A stretch of DNA of 63,963 nt, filler included, from Olpidium bornovanus S191 (taxonomy: Eukaryota; Fungi; Olpidiomycota), in NCBI GenBank assembly GCA_017911155.1. It is 26 parts of 26 records of this genome, joined end to end, with 100 filler letters (N's around TTAATTAATTAA, not from the genome) between each part and the next. Parts side by side here need not be neighbours in the genome. Positions count along the whole stretch, not along the records: positions 23,376 to 27,479 come from JAEFCI010007609.1; positions 27,580 to 29,815 come from JAEFCI010004044.1; positions 29,916 to 31,219 come from JAEFCI010012461.1; positions 31,320 to 33,161 come from JAEFCI010000622.1; positions 33,262 to 35,534 come from JAEFCI010006720.1; positions 35,635 to 37,043 come from JAEFCI010000480.1; 20 more parts are not named here. One strand, given 5' to 3'. This document shows positions 23,845 to 35,698 of the stretch, piece by piece. Position 1 is the stretch's first letter. Every line of letters begins with the position of its first letter. Under the pieces are notes generated by a model. That model had not been told where the DNA came from. It ran no database searches and saw only the letters and a list, made by a program, of their open reading frames with translations. The position numbers were made by a program, and so were the translations under genes.

Positions 23845-24462
23845 TCTCTCTGAATTTTTACCAGGTATATCTCGACGCCGTGAAGGTCGCGTGCGAAAAG
23901 AAGAGTCGTTTTGCCGTTCTTTGGATGGCTGTGGCGCGTTCCGCCGCCGTTCCGACACGCGATATTTTCCGGCTTTTCAAACCCAACCCGGCGACCAGGA
24001 ACTCGCAGTGTTCCGTTGCGAAGCAAAGATTCGGGCCCGCAGACGTGGCAAGGTCAGGGCGGCAAGAGCGTGGTGCCGAGATCCGGGCGCGTGGTTTTGT
24101 GGCCGGTGGTGGTATGTCGGGGAGAAAAGGGGCGGAGAACGGTGGGTAGCGGGGGGGAACAATGAAAAACCGACACTGCGCGGCGGACCCTGAACACCGC
24201 GACTGAAACCCGAACCGGGAAGACCCACAAACCCACCGCCCTCCCCACAAAGGGCACGGAACTCCAAGGGCCACAACACGCACCAACGTTCTCCTCAAAC
24301 AGACGCACCGCCTTTTCAATGGTCGACAACACGGCGCCGAACGGAAAATTGGTAATTTCTATTGCAAAACAAATAATATTCCAGGAAAAAAAAGAATTCC
24401 AGAAACAATGGTCACAAAATACAAAAATGCACTTCAGATATTGACGCGTATAAAACGCCCGA

Positions 24463-26829
24463 TTAGACGGCCTTCTCGATGATCAGCACCGTGCCTTCGT
24501 TTTGGATGCCTGTGAACTCGCCTGTCTCGCAGCCGGCGGAAGAGGGGCGCGCAGCGGCGTGTTCCTCACCGCCGACTTTCCAGCTGCCTTCAAGTACGCG
24601 GCCGGCGTAGACGAGGTTCATCGTTGCAGGGCGCGCGGGCCAGTTGCCCTTGAAGTAGATGAGCTCTTTGAGGTAGCGGATGCTGATGAAGGTAGGTACA
24701 CGGACGCACAAAGCGACCTCGCCCGTGAGCGTCCGGCAGTAGATGTCGATCTCGGCCGGCTTGTTGCAAGCGGCCTGTACGGCAAGGGGGGAAGACATTG
24801 CGGCGAGACGAGCTGCCTTCCGGCGGGCGATCTCCCCGGCGATGGCCCGGCGCATGATCTCGGCCCGGATGGCGCGCTTGCGGATCACGGGGACGTCCAC
24901 GGGGCGGCGGGAGAAATCCTGACGCCTGGCAATCTCGGCGCGGAGCTCCCGGCGGCAGCAGGCGGCCCAGAGGGCGGCTGCGAAACCACCGGCGCGGGGC
25001 CGGGCTTCCCTGCGCTTGGCAATTTCAACGCGTAGCGCCCGCCGGAGGCAGCCGGCCCTCAGCGCGGCAGCCGAAGGGACGCACCGTCGGCACGCCGCCT
25101 GCTCGCGCCTGGCGATCTCGACCCGTAGCTCCCGGCGGATGCAGGCGACCCGGAGAGCGGCCTTAAACGGGCCGGTCCGGTGCCGCGCGTCCAGGCGCCT
25201 GGCGATCTCGGCGCGGAGCTCCCGGCGAAGGCGGCGGCTCGCCGCGGGCGCGGCCGCGCGGGGGCGGCGGGTTGCGACCTGGCGCCTGGCGATCTCGACC
25301 TTGATTTCGCGGCGGATGCACGCGGCGCGGATAGCGGCCGCGAGCGGCGCGGCGCGGTGCCGAGCCTCCTGCCGCCTGGCGATCTCGGCACGCAGCTCCC
25401 GGCGGATGCAGGCCGCGCGCACGGCGGCCAGGAGCGGGCCGCTGCGGCGGTGCTGGGCCTCCTGGCGCCGGGCGATCTCGAGCCGCAGCTCCCGCCGGAC
25501 GCAGGCCGCGCGCAGGGACGCCGGCGAAGGGGCGCCGGCGCGGCGGCGGGCGCGGCGGCGGATCTCAGCACCGAGGGCGATGCGGAGGGCGCCCGCGCGG
25601 AGCGCCGCTGCCGAGAGCCGCTGGGCGGCCGTGCGCTGCCGCCGCGCGCCCCGGTTGAACAGCTCGGCGCGGATGGAGCGCCGCAGGATTTCCGCCGCGA
25701 TCCGGTGCGAAAGGGTGCGCTTGGAGGACCCGACCGCGGCGGGCGCGGGCGGGGGCTGGGGCACGTTCGCCGCGGCGGCAGGGAGGATCCCGAGGGCTTT
25801 CTCGAGAGCTTCCAGGCGGAGTCTCAGTTCGGCGTCCTGGCGAAGCTTCTCCTCCAGGCGACGGACGCGGGCAGTGAGCAGCGCTTCCCGAAGTTCGGCG
25901 TCGTGCGCCGCTCCTTTGATCTCCGCTTCCTTGCAGCTCAAAAGTATCGACTGCTGCTGAGTCCGGTGTTCCAGGACCGGGACGACCGTGTCCGCGAGGT
26001 GCTGGACGACGTCCTCGGTTCGTTTGACCCGGAGAGCAAGCTGTCGGGAGTCCTCCCACATATCCATGTGCTCCTTGGTCAGCCTGTCCACTTCCTGGGC
26101 GGCCGCCGAGCGATCGTTTTCTGCGTTCTTCCGAACGGAGGCGGCTTCGGCCGCCATCGCCAACACGAGTTCCGTTCGGAGTTCCGAAAGCTTCCGATCG
26201 ACGGACCGGGCGCGAACGCCGGCTTCGCCGGCGATGCGGCGGATGTGCGTCAGGCCGGCACCGTTGAGCATTTCGGATAGGTCCCGCAGGGAGGCCTCCG
26301 TCTGCACATGCCATTTTTCCTGATCGAGCTTGATGACCTGGACCTTGGCCTCAATGGACGGCAGATACCGGACGACGATGCGGTCGAGGCGGGTAGAGTT
26401 GTCCTTCGCTAGCATCGAGGCCTCGTCGAGAGAGCGGCGGAGGGCGTCCAGCGCCTCCTGCTTGGCTGCCGACCCGTCGACCTGACGCTTGACATGCTCC
26501 ACCGCCTTGCAGAGAGATTGGATCTCCGCCTCGCAATCGTCGAAGCAGTACTCCAGCGTCCGAACGCGGCGGTCGTGGGTGACGGCTCTATCGCTCGCCG
26601 TTTTCGTCAGGCTCTCGACCTGGCGGCGGATCTCGCCGATCTGCGCCTGGTTCTCTTTCTGAACAACCGCATGGAGAGGAGCTGTTTCGGTCGACGCATC
26701 CGCTGTTTCGAGGAGCACGTTTCCCGTGATCTCCTCGGAGGGTTTGGTGGCGACGCTATCCTGAGCGACGGCTATCGGTGACTCGACAACTTCGAAGTCG
26801 TCGGCGGCGACGAACATGAACGGCCGCAT
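24463..26829 (-). CDS. 788-aa protein: coiled coil + ~10 Arg/Ala-rich ~30-aa repeats + C-terminal ubiquitin-like domain
   Basis: Uninterrupted 2.37-kb ORF; repeat core AAxRAACxRRELRxEIARR; C-terminus IDIYCRTLTGE...IRYLKELIYFK...LVYAGRVLE...GIQNEGTVLII aligns by eye with ubiquitin; no terminal Gly-Gly. Confidence 0.8.
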   Translation of the reverse strand: MRPFMFVAADDFEVVESPIAVAQDSVATKPSEEITGNVLLETADASTETAPLHAVVQKENQAQIGEIRRQVESLTKTASDRAVTHDRRVRTLEYCFDDCEAEIQSLCKAVEHVKRQVDGSAAKQEALDALRRSLDEASMLAKDNSTRLDRIVVRYLPSIEAKVQVIKLDQEKWHVQTEASLRDLSEMLNGAGLTHIRRIAGEAGVRARSVDRKLSELRTELVLAMAAEAASVRKNAENDRSAAAQEVDRLTKEHMDMWEDSRQLALRVKRTEDVVQHLADTVVPVLEHRTQQQSILLSCKEAEIKGAAHDAELREALLTARVRRLEEKLRQDAELRLRLEALEKALGILPAAAANVPQPPPAPAAVGSSKRTLSHRIAAEILRRSIRAELFNRGARRQRTAAQRLSAAALRAGALRIALGAEIRRRARRRAGAPSPASLRAACVRRELRLEIARRQEAQHRRSGPLLAAVRAACIRRELRAEIARRQEARHRAAPLAAAIRAACIRREIKVEIARRQVATRRPRAAAPAASRRLRRELRAEIARRLDARHRTGPFKAALRVACIRRELRVEIARREQAACRRCVPSAAALRAGCLRRALRVEIAKRREARPRAGGFAAALWAACCRRELRAEIARRQDFSRRPVDVPVIRKRAIRAEIMRRAIAGEIARRKAARLAAMSSPLAVQAACNKPAEIDIYCRTLTGEVALCVRVPTFISIRYLKELIYFKGNWPARPATMNLVYAGRVLEGSWKVGGEEHAAARPSSAGCETGEFTGIQNEGTVLIIEKAV

Positions 26830-27579
26830 CTTTGTTTGGTGGAATTGTGGGGCAGTGGATTCCCCGGCTCTACTGTGACGAGGATTACCAGGCTCTACTG
26901 TGACCAGTTCTCGTTTTTCAACCCCGTTCTACGGTGAGTTTTTTCTTCCTAGCGGGCGGGGAACGACTCTGTTCGTTTGTATGTATAAGTCGGCCGGAAA
27001 CGGGGAAAGGGCGGGCTCTAAGTCCGCGGGGCAATATGGGCGGCGCAAAAACCCCGGTTCAACAATTCCGGCCCCGTCTGGGGCCACGCGGAGCGCGCCT
27101 TGCCAGTGGCAATTCGGGGCGTGGGGGCGAACGGGGTGGGGGGGGGGGGAAATTAAAAATATAAAATAGAAAATGTCGGCACTTCCGCCTCCACCGGGGC
27201 GTTATCGTTGGAAATGAAAGAGAGCAGATTGCATGAAATACGCCAACCGGAAAATTCAATTTCCGGACTTTTTTTCTTTTTTCTCGCTGCGGGGCGCCGT
27301 TTAATAGAACCCCGCTGCAAACTAAAAAATTCCGGCAGCCCAAAACCCGAAGGCAAACCATGCTGCCGGGGAGGAGGGAGGGGCGCCGGGGCGCCGGCCA
27401 AAAAAAAACCCGCAGCAAACTAACAAAACTGCCGGGGAGGGGGGAGGGGCGCCGGGGCGACGGCCAAAAAAACCCCGCANNNNNNNNNNNNNNNNNNNNN
27501 NNNNNNNNNNNNNNNNNNNNNNNTTAATTAATTAANNNNNNNNNNNNNNNNNNNNNNNNNNNNNNNNNNNNNNNNNNNN

Positions 27580-29027
27580 CATGACGAGATAATAGCCAGG
27601 CGAAAGGCTGCTGTGGAACCCGACAAGAAACGCGAAACTGTGGAGGAGGTGATTGGAGTGAAGATTGGTGTCATCCAGTTGTGGAACTGGCCCTTATATC
27701 TGATATCTCTCTTTATCGCTTCGAAGGACTCGGCGTCAAAGAAGCCAAAGGGGAGGGGAAAGGATGAACCACGGGTAGGTTATTTGCGAACGACTGCGCG
27801 TCATGGTCGGTCGCCTTTGCTCGCGCTCGCTCTGATATGTCTTCCGGGCAGGCCAATATCAGGTCCGCGAAGAAGGACGAGACACTTGGGGGGACCAAAG
27901 GCAAGGACGCGAGCTCTGGCGGCGGAACAGATTCGGGTGCTTGCGCGATTGGGAGCGTTTCCGTCCCGGGATCATCAACGGGACTGGCGGCGAAGCCGGC
28001 TAAGAAAGGCGCCAAGGACACCAAAGGCACAACAGGCAAAAAGGATAAGGACTCGGCCTCCGCGACAGCCGATATTCCGGCAGTCGGAGCGGCGGCCAAG
28101 GGAGTCAAGGGGGCCAAGACCGCCAAAAGCGGGGAAAAGGGCGTTGGGATAGGCAAAGACGCCGCCTCGGAGAAGGCAACAGGTTCCGCGACGGCTGGGC
28201 CGCCAGAGAAGGAAAAGGCCGGGGCTGGCGTGAAGGCGGCAGCCGGAGGAAAAGCGGACAAGAAGGGCGGGGCTTTAGTCGCGTCGGTGAAAGCCGGGAA
28301 GAAGGGGAAGGCGGACGACGCCAAGGACGAGGAGGTTGAAGAGGTGCGGACCGACATCCCGTCCGGAAAGAGATTTGCGGTGTCGGTTCTGTTCCTCTCA
28401 CGTGCGGGCCTCTGGATTGCCGGAAGCAGGTGGAACCGCCACCAGCCCCCGCGGAGCCGATGTTTGAGAGCAACGGACAGTGGTTCGTCTGGGGCAATCG
28501 CGTGCTAGCCAATCTCAACCTTTCCTACACCGGCTGCTCGGAGACGGTGCTCAAAGCGTTCTACGATGCTGTAAAGGAACAGGACTTTAGCTCGGAGCAG
28601 TTGAACGATGGGAACGTCGGGCTGTGCCGCATTAATTTTCAGGTGTGTTTTGGCTGATACGGCGTAACGGCTCGTTATGAAGCACCCCTTCCGCTTTTTT
28701 TTTTTTTTGTAATCAGGCGGCATTGACTCTGCGATGACATCTCAACGGCAGCAGATGTCAGCTAACCTTCACCCATCGCTTTGTGCCGCCGCAAAACCAC
28801 AGGGAAACAAGTTCGGAATGGACAACCAGGTTCTCCGCGGCATCTATGCCATCACCGACAAGCGAAATCCGTACCGAAACCTGCAAATCGGCGGATTCGC
28901 CCGGCCGGACGCGCCGTTCTCCGGCACCGCTCAGCAGCCGCAAGCAGGGCGGGAATATGTTCGCGGCAGTGCGGTAGCTGACATCGAGGAGGAGGGCTCG
29001 GAGGGGGCTGTCGCGGGAAAGGAGTGA
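27580..29027 (+). CDS. LRRC71-like leucine-rich-repeat protein, C-terminal part (5'-partial)
   Basis: Lys/Ala/Gly-rich exon (~27870-28343), then exons 28430-28642 and 28803-29027: MFESNGQWFVWGNRVLANLNLS...VLKAFYDAVKEQ...GLCRINFQ|GNKF...KRNP. This resembles the LRRC71 C-terminus (xGKVFMPGNKVLLHLNL...GLLWLSLAKN) as I recall it. Confidence 0.6.
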
Positions 29028-29917
29028 CCCCTATATTCGCGCTAGTTTATTATTGGTACTAGGACGAACCATTTTCAAAATTTTGTGCGTCTTAATACTC
29101 CATCAGTTTCGAGTGAGATATTTAGTAGCTAATTATGGTGTGAGTATAATTATAAAATAGATAAAGTAATTCATAGTTGTAGTAATGACAGGAAATGAGT
29201 CGACTAATATGTTTCGACTTGTATATAATGATGATTCAGCAAACACCGACAATTATTGTCCTTGTACCCGGTTCAGCACCGATCTATAGTGCATTCCATC
29301 AATGGGCTCGTATCCGATGACCAGGATAATGTAATAGTTGAGTGCTGTACGCTCAGCGCCGAAATTCAGAGCCGGCTTGTCTCCGGCCGGAAGGGGAGAT
29401 GTTCGCCGGCAAGGAATTTCCGTGAGGGAAGCGGGATTCCGACAGCGGAACCAGTGAACGCAAACTATTTTCTCGCGCAACGCGGGGCATATAAAATGAA
29501 GCGCAAACGCAGGGCGCATTGGAAACGGAAGCACGCGCGGCACAACGCTGTTGAATCACCTGCCTCCCCCACCACCCCTAAGCAACGCCGAATCGGGGGC
29601 CAGCTTTCGCCCCGATCTCGGCCGGCCCACGCCTCCCTCGTGTTCGACGTCGCACATTCGGCGGCACAGTCTCCCTCTTACCGAAAAGCGGACCCGACTC
29701 TGGCCTGCTAGCCTGAGTGTTCGTGCTCGGCAAGAAAAGTTTCGCGATCCGACGCACACGTTTGGCAGCTTCTTTCCGGCCGCCGCACTTCAGCTTGCCG
29801 GTCCCGCGTGTTCCCNNNNNNNNNNNNNNNNNNNNNNNNNNNNNNNNNNNNNNNNNNNNTTAATTAATTAANNNNNNNNNNNNNNNNNNNNNNNNNNNNN
29901 NNNNNNNNNNNNNNNAG

Positions 29918-29993
<76 letters not shown>

Positions 29994-30347
29994 GCTGAAC
30001 ATTCGTGGTTATTTACGTGCAGCGGACTGCCCGACTTCTTACTCGCTCACGCGGTTGCATTTTACCGCGACCATAACCCGCCAGGAGGCCACCAATTCAC
30101 GCCCTCGCCTCTGCGCGCTCAAACATCTCGCTCGCTTTGCTACCGGACCGACCGTCGGCCTTTCGACCTCGCCGGGCGTGGAGCTGAAGTCGGCCGAATC
30201 CGAGAATCGTCAAATATCCTTTCGCCGGCCGGTCGCGACAGGCGCGCTTTCTCTCTCTCTCTCGGTCTCTCTCGTTTTTATTTTTTGCGAGGGAAACTTT
30301 TTGGGCATGTGTGTTTCGTTCCTCGCGTGTTCGCAAAACAAGCAACG

Positions 30348-30348
<1 letters not shown>

Positions 30349-30390
<42 letters not shown>
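30349..30390 (+). repeat. (CAA)n microsatellite
   Basis: About 14 CAA units. Confidence 0.95.
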
Positions 30391-31091
30391 AAAACAACAA
30401 ACATTAAGAAGGCCAACTCCCACCCCCGTTTAAAATCCCGGTTTGCACCGATGAAACGTCCGCGAGCATGCCGCAGGCCCAAGGCCGCATTTCTGCAAAA
30501 AGAAGAAAGAAAAACAAAGCGCGTCACGCGAAAAGGCGGAAATTTTGAACGCGAGGGCGGGAATCGGCGATGAAAGGGTGGGGCGTGGGGGAAGGTGTGG
30601 CCGAGGAGGGTTGGGGATTTTTTTTGGCGCGTCCTGGTATGATGCCGCGTGGCAAATGACGAACGGGCCGGGATTATCGGGGGAGGGGGGGAGGGGGGCG
30701 GCGCCGCAGTTACCAGAAAGGTCCCTCGACGGGGCGAGGGAAGGAGGGGTGCGCCAGGCCGAATGACGCGAAACCGACGCCGGGACGCCAACACCGAGCC
30801 CGCGCGGTTTCGAGGATCCTCCCCTTCCCAGCGTACCGGGCGGCGGGGATGATCCCGGAACCGGCGGGGCCTGACTTCCCTGACTCCCCTGCCCGCCGCC
30901 CGCCGCCGCCCGCTCTCGCTCTCGCCCTTGACATTCCCGTCCCGCGCCGCTTCAACACCCACCCACCTCCGCTCTCCGCGAAGCCTCGCCATAAACCGTC
31001 GGGCGAATCGCGCACTTCGGCGGCGGGTCTGCCGGGCCGACGCGGACGTCTCTCCCTTCCCCTCCCCCCCCCCCCTTCCCCCCCCCTTTTC

Positions 31092-31122
<31 letters not shown>

Positions 31123-33261
31123 GGTTTGCCCCAACGTTTCCTGCTTTTTTGATTCTTCTTTACGCCGCCAGAGCCATGAGGCAAGTAAAACTAAATAATT
31201 AAATATAAAAAAAAGAAAGNNNNNNNNNNNNNNNNNNNNNNNNNNNNNNNNNNNNNNNNNNNNTTAATTAATTAANNNNNNNNNNNNNNNNNNNNNNNNN
31301 NNNNNNNNNNNNNNNNNNNCCATCCTTAGCTGCAATGCTTCAGGCACATTCGCCATTGGCGCTAATGGTTCCAAGTACGTTCTTACGTACACCGATTAAT
31401 CTGCACAACTCATTGTCTCCTATTTTATCAGCAACCATGTGAACGTGACACCCTGCTTTTACCTTGACGACCACCTTGTTTAGCTTGAGCGCCGCACCGG
31501 CATCAGTCCACTGCATCATACGGACAAAGGCGGTGAGTTCCTGTCTGCTTACTGTATTAACTACCTGCGTGAGCTCGGCAACGGCCAGACAACCGGGGCG
31601 CGTGACGCGCCGAGCCCCAACAGGATTAGCGAACGTGCCTATCAGATGCTCGAGGGCCGCGTTCGTTCCATCATGGCTGACAACCCTGCACTTTTCGCGG
31701 CACATGTGGGCGGAGGCGCGGAGAATGGTCGTCTACTTCTGCGACGTTCCGCACTGGCATCATGGTCGGATCCTGATGGAGCTGAACCAGCCGGACCGTC
31801 CGCCTGTAACCCAGTCCCGCCTTCGCATCTTCGGTTGCGTTTCCTTCGCCCAACCTCACCCGTGCCGCGTGCGCGCGCACAAGTCCGCGCCGACGGCATA
31901 GAAGGCACTTTTGGCGGCTATGGCTCCGCCTCCGGCATCTTTCGCCTTTGGCTCCCGTCGACGACGAGATCATCGAGTGTCGCATCGCGGCATGGTCAAA
32001 ACCCGCGCCATCACCTCCGATGACAACGTCGTTGATGGCTTCACCAAAGACTGTCTGTGCCCCCAGCTGTAAAGTATTCCGCGTCCATCTCAGTCTCTGC
32101 TCGCTGCTGACCACCTGACCCGCTGCTCCGAGCTCAATTTAGTCCCGTTACTTCAAGAACAAGGCACAAAGCACTGGGCAACGTTGTGAACCAAGCACGA
32201 AACATATATTTTTTATTATTACTTCTTTTTTTATTTCCGCGCTGAGTTGCCCATTTTCTTTAGGCCGACCTCCATCTTTCCTTTGCTCGGACTGTTCTTT
32301 TCCCTTCTCCCCGTTTCCCATGGTGTCTCGTTTGCAGGGGGGGGGGGGGTTTGCGCAGCGTAGGTCCCACATGAATTGTGCGTTTTTTCCACGCCCCTTT
32401 CCTTTCCCCCCGCCCGCTCGTCCTCGTTCTCCCATCGTTCTCCGCTCGTCCTCGTTCTCCCCTCGTTCTCCGAAAGCGAATGAATCGCACCATCCCCCGT
32501 CAGCAACAACAAACAAGAGTAACACGCCGTCTCTCGCCGTCCATCGGCGCTTCCGCAGACGTACCGTCCCGCCTGCACCCTTGGCGCCCACCCACACCGG
32601 TGGGGAAAAATCGGTCACACCAAATTTCTTACTTCGCGTCCAGGGTAATGCGGTTAACCCTTGGAGGGAGAGAGAAGGGCACTCGCTGGCGCGCGAGTTG
32701 AGGATGGCAGATGATATAGGGTCGTTTCGGGATCTGCAGCAGCAGATTTATCTTCGCTCAAGAGGTCGACCTGGGACCTGTCGAAGCAGCTGCACTACAA
32801 CACACGTGTTTAGCACCTAAAATTCCTCGGGTTCTGAAAAAGCATCCAAAGTAAACGAAACGCAAAAAATAAGCCTCGCTTGGAACCACGTTGGGTCTGT
32901 TCTTGCAATGTGAGGTGTCTCCACGACATCGCTTGTTTCTCTGCTTCCCAACCTCCGCCACTTCAACCTGCATTTAAACGAGAACAACGCCGACTGCGCC
33001 CTAGAGTAAGGAACATTTTTGAATGCCGATTCCATTCAGCGCAACTGCGGGGTCGCTATCTCACAGTAGCCGGGGTTAGGGAGGTGTTGACAGTGTTCGA
33101 AGGCATAACCGCGCTGGCAAACTTCGTAATGCGCTTCGTTGTTTACAGGCATTCTGCATGANNNNNNNNNNNNNNNNNNNNNNNNNNNNNNNNNNNNNNN
33201 NNNNNTTAATTAATTAANNNNNNNNNNNNNNNNNNNNNNNNNNNNNNNNNNNNNNNNNNNN

Positions 33262-33845
33262 CGGGCGTTAAGGAGCGAGAAGCGTAAGCGATGGCGTGTG
33301 ATTGGCCATCAGCGCCGATGTGCGTGAGAACAGCGCCGATGCCGGCGTCAGAAGCATCGGTTTGCAGGGTGAAGCGGAACTGACGGATAAAGTCAGGGAG
33401 CTTCAAAACGGGAGCGGTCATCAGCTTCGTCTTTAGAAGCTCGAAAGCGCGTTGATGCTCAGGCTGCCACACGAAGGGCAAGCCGGGAGATGGTTTCGTT
33501 AGTGCGTAAAGCGACCAGGCAATGATGGTGAATCAATCGATGAATTTTCGGTAATATGATGCCAGGCCGAGGAAGCGCTGAACGTCAGTAACGGTGGACA
33601 GGACGAGCCATTGCGCGATTGCCTCAGTTTTTCGAGGGTCCGTTCGAAGGCCCTCAGCGGTAACGAGATGTCCGAGATACGACACTTTGTCGCAACAGAA
33701 GGAGCACTTTTTCGCTTCCATGCGCAGGCTGGCGGTTTCGAGGCGATCGAAGACCTTGCGCAGATCGACGAGGTGTTGATTGAAGGACGGCAAATAGATG
33801 ATCACGTCATCGAGGTACACCAAGCAACATTGCAACCTGAGACTC
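33262..33845 (-). mobile_element. Ty3/gypsy RT-RNase H fragment, frameshifted
   Basis: CCLVYLDDVII, KKCSF...VSYLGH, VQRFLGLASYYRKFI, AFELLK..LMTAPVL, TLQTDASDAGIGAVL, IAYASRSL. Confidence 0.95.
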
Positions 33846-33849
33846 CAGA

Positions 33850-34666
33850 CAGCCACCTATTGTCCCTTAATTCTTCAAGTGTTTGGCGCCTCAACAAAGC
33901 CTTGTACGGCTTGCTACAATTGGCGCATGAGTGGAACGCGGAACTTGACAAAGAACTGAAGAACATGGGTTTTGTTCCAGTTTTGCACGAACCCTGCCTG
34001 TATGTACACAGAGGTGCAAATCGGCCCAATGCTTTGATGGCAGTTTATGTGGATGACATCATCTTGGCTGGACCGGATATTACGGAACTGTCATGGTTGG
34101 AGAGGGCTCTTGCAGACAAATTTGAGATGAGTGGCGGTGGTCCATTAACACAGATATTGGGCATGCGTGTTTCTGCAAAAGGAACTGATCGTTACCTTGA
34201 TCAAGAAAAATATATCCTTCGCCTCCTCGAAAGGATGCATTACACAAATTGCCATCCGGTTGGATCTCCGCTCGACACAGACGCTATCCGTCACCTCCAC
34301 CCGCGAGTCAACACAGCCTCCCTCTCTGAACAAAAGCATTATCGTGAACTTGTCGGAAGCCTACTTTATCTCGCGACATGCACGCGTCCTGATCTCTCTA
34401 CAGCTGTCAGTTTCTGCTGAGGAGCACTGGGGTGCTCTAAAGCGCGTTTTACGATACTTGAAAGGCACATCAGGTCTTCAACTCAAGTTCTCTTCGCATT
34501 GATCACCGACACCAAACAGACCTGTTCTAGTTGGTTATGCCGACAGTGACTATGCCAATGACCCGGTTGATCGACACTCCATAGCCGGCTACGTCATTAA
34601 GTTTGCCGGCTCATCCATCGCATGGAAATCGACCAAGCAGCAGTGTGTTACGCTATCCTCTTGTGC
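33850..34666 (+). mobile_element. Ty1/copia RT-RNase H fragment, with stops/frameshifts
   Basis: LNKALYGL, EPCLY, VYVDDII, YRELVGSLLYLATCTRPDL, HWGALKRVLRYLKGT, GYADSDYA, IAWKSTKQQCVTLSS. Confidence 0.95.
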
Positions 34667-35193
34667 TGTCGCACGGCCCTCAAACCGCCCGTCGACCGGC
34701 GCCACGGAAGAAGGAAGGCGGTGTCGGGGAAGGTTTCGCCCGGTCGCTTGCGGCCGAGCGGTGGGCGAGCCCCGTCGGAGAAAAAGACCCCCCCCGAACA
34801 ACAACAATAACAACAGCAGCGACCGTAGCTTTTTCCTTTCCTTGCGCATAAACCTCCCGAGAGAATAATAAACAAACAATTCGAACCCTCCCGTCTTCGG
34901 CTGCCTTGCGACCGCGGCGCCTACGAACGGCGTCGGCGCGCTCCCTGGAACGAGGCGGAGGCAGCGAGGGGAGGAGGAGTAGGGGAGGAGCCGAGATAGT
35001 CAAGCGCCGTGTCTCTCTTCGAAGGGTCCGTCGAAGGGAGTTGGTCGGCACTGGCACTGGAGAGCGCGGTAGGGTGTCCCGGGAGGGAGAGAGGTACGTC
35101 CTGCACACCGTCGTCGCTGGCATCCCCCGCAGCAAGGGCCCTAGCGATCCCGCCATCCTGCAACCCCTTGAGGGAGGGTTATATTCCTCGACA
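34667..35193 (+). mobile_element. Probable 5' LTR (~527 bp)
   Basis: Begins TGTCG and ends CGACA (5-bp terminal inverted repeat). Followed after 2 nt by TGGCGCTCCCGGGCAGG (PBS-like) and then a gag-like ORF. Confidence 0.7.
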
Positions 35194-35263
35194 ACTGGCG
35201 CTCCCGGGCAGGACCGGTGGGGCGGGCGAAGCCAGCACGTCGAAGCAGGACGTGCGGTTCGGG

Positions 35264-35534
35264 ATGGAGGAAGTATACCTACTTGCCGCGCAGATGCGCG
35301 CGGCTGAAGTGCCGGCAGCAGTGGTCCAGTTCACAAAGGAGAACGGGCTGTTTAAGGAGGAGGACGTCTCGGCGTATCTGCGGCTGTTCGAAACAACGGT
35401 CCGCCAGTGGGAATTGACTGATGCGGAATTAATGAGGTGTTTCAAGTTGACCGTCCATGAGAACAGCTCCGTCAAGGTGGCAAAGGCCACGGCTCTGGCG
35501 GACACGTGGAACGATACCAAGGAGTGTCTGAGAG
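35264..35534 (+). mobile_element. gag-like N-terminus of an LTR retrotransposon (partial)
   Basis: LFKEEDVSAYLRLFE...TDAELMRCF...TW pattern directly downstream of the LTR/PBS. Confidence 0.6.
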
Positions 35535-35649
35535 NNNNNNNNNNNNNNNNNNNNNNNNNNNNNNNNNNNNNNNNNNNNTTAATTAATTAANNNNNNNNNN
35601 NNNNNNNNNNNNNNNNNNNNNNNNNNNNNNNNNNACGGGGGGGGTTCCC

Positions 35650-35698
<49 letters not shown>

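Noticed and set aside
31320-33161. Possible exons (YCINYLRELG...AYQMLEGRVRSIMADNP)
   Set aside because: Strand and frame ambiguous; no family recognised.
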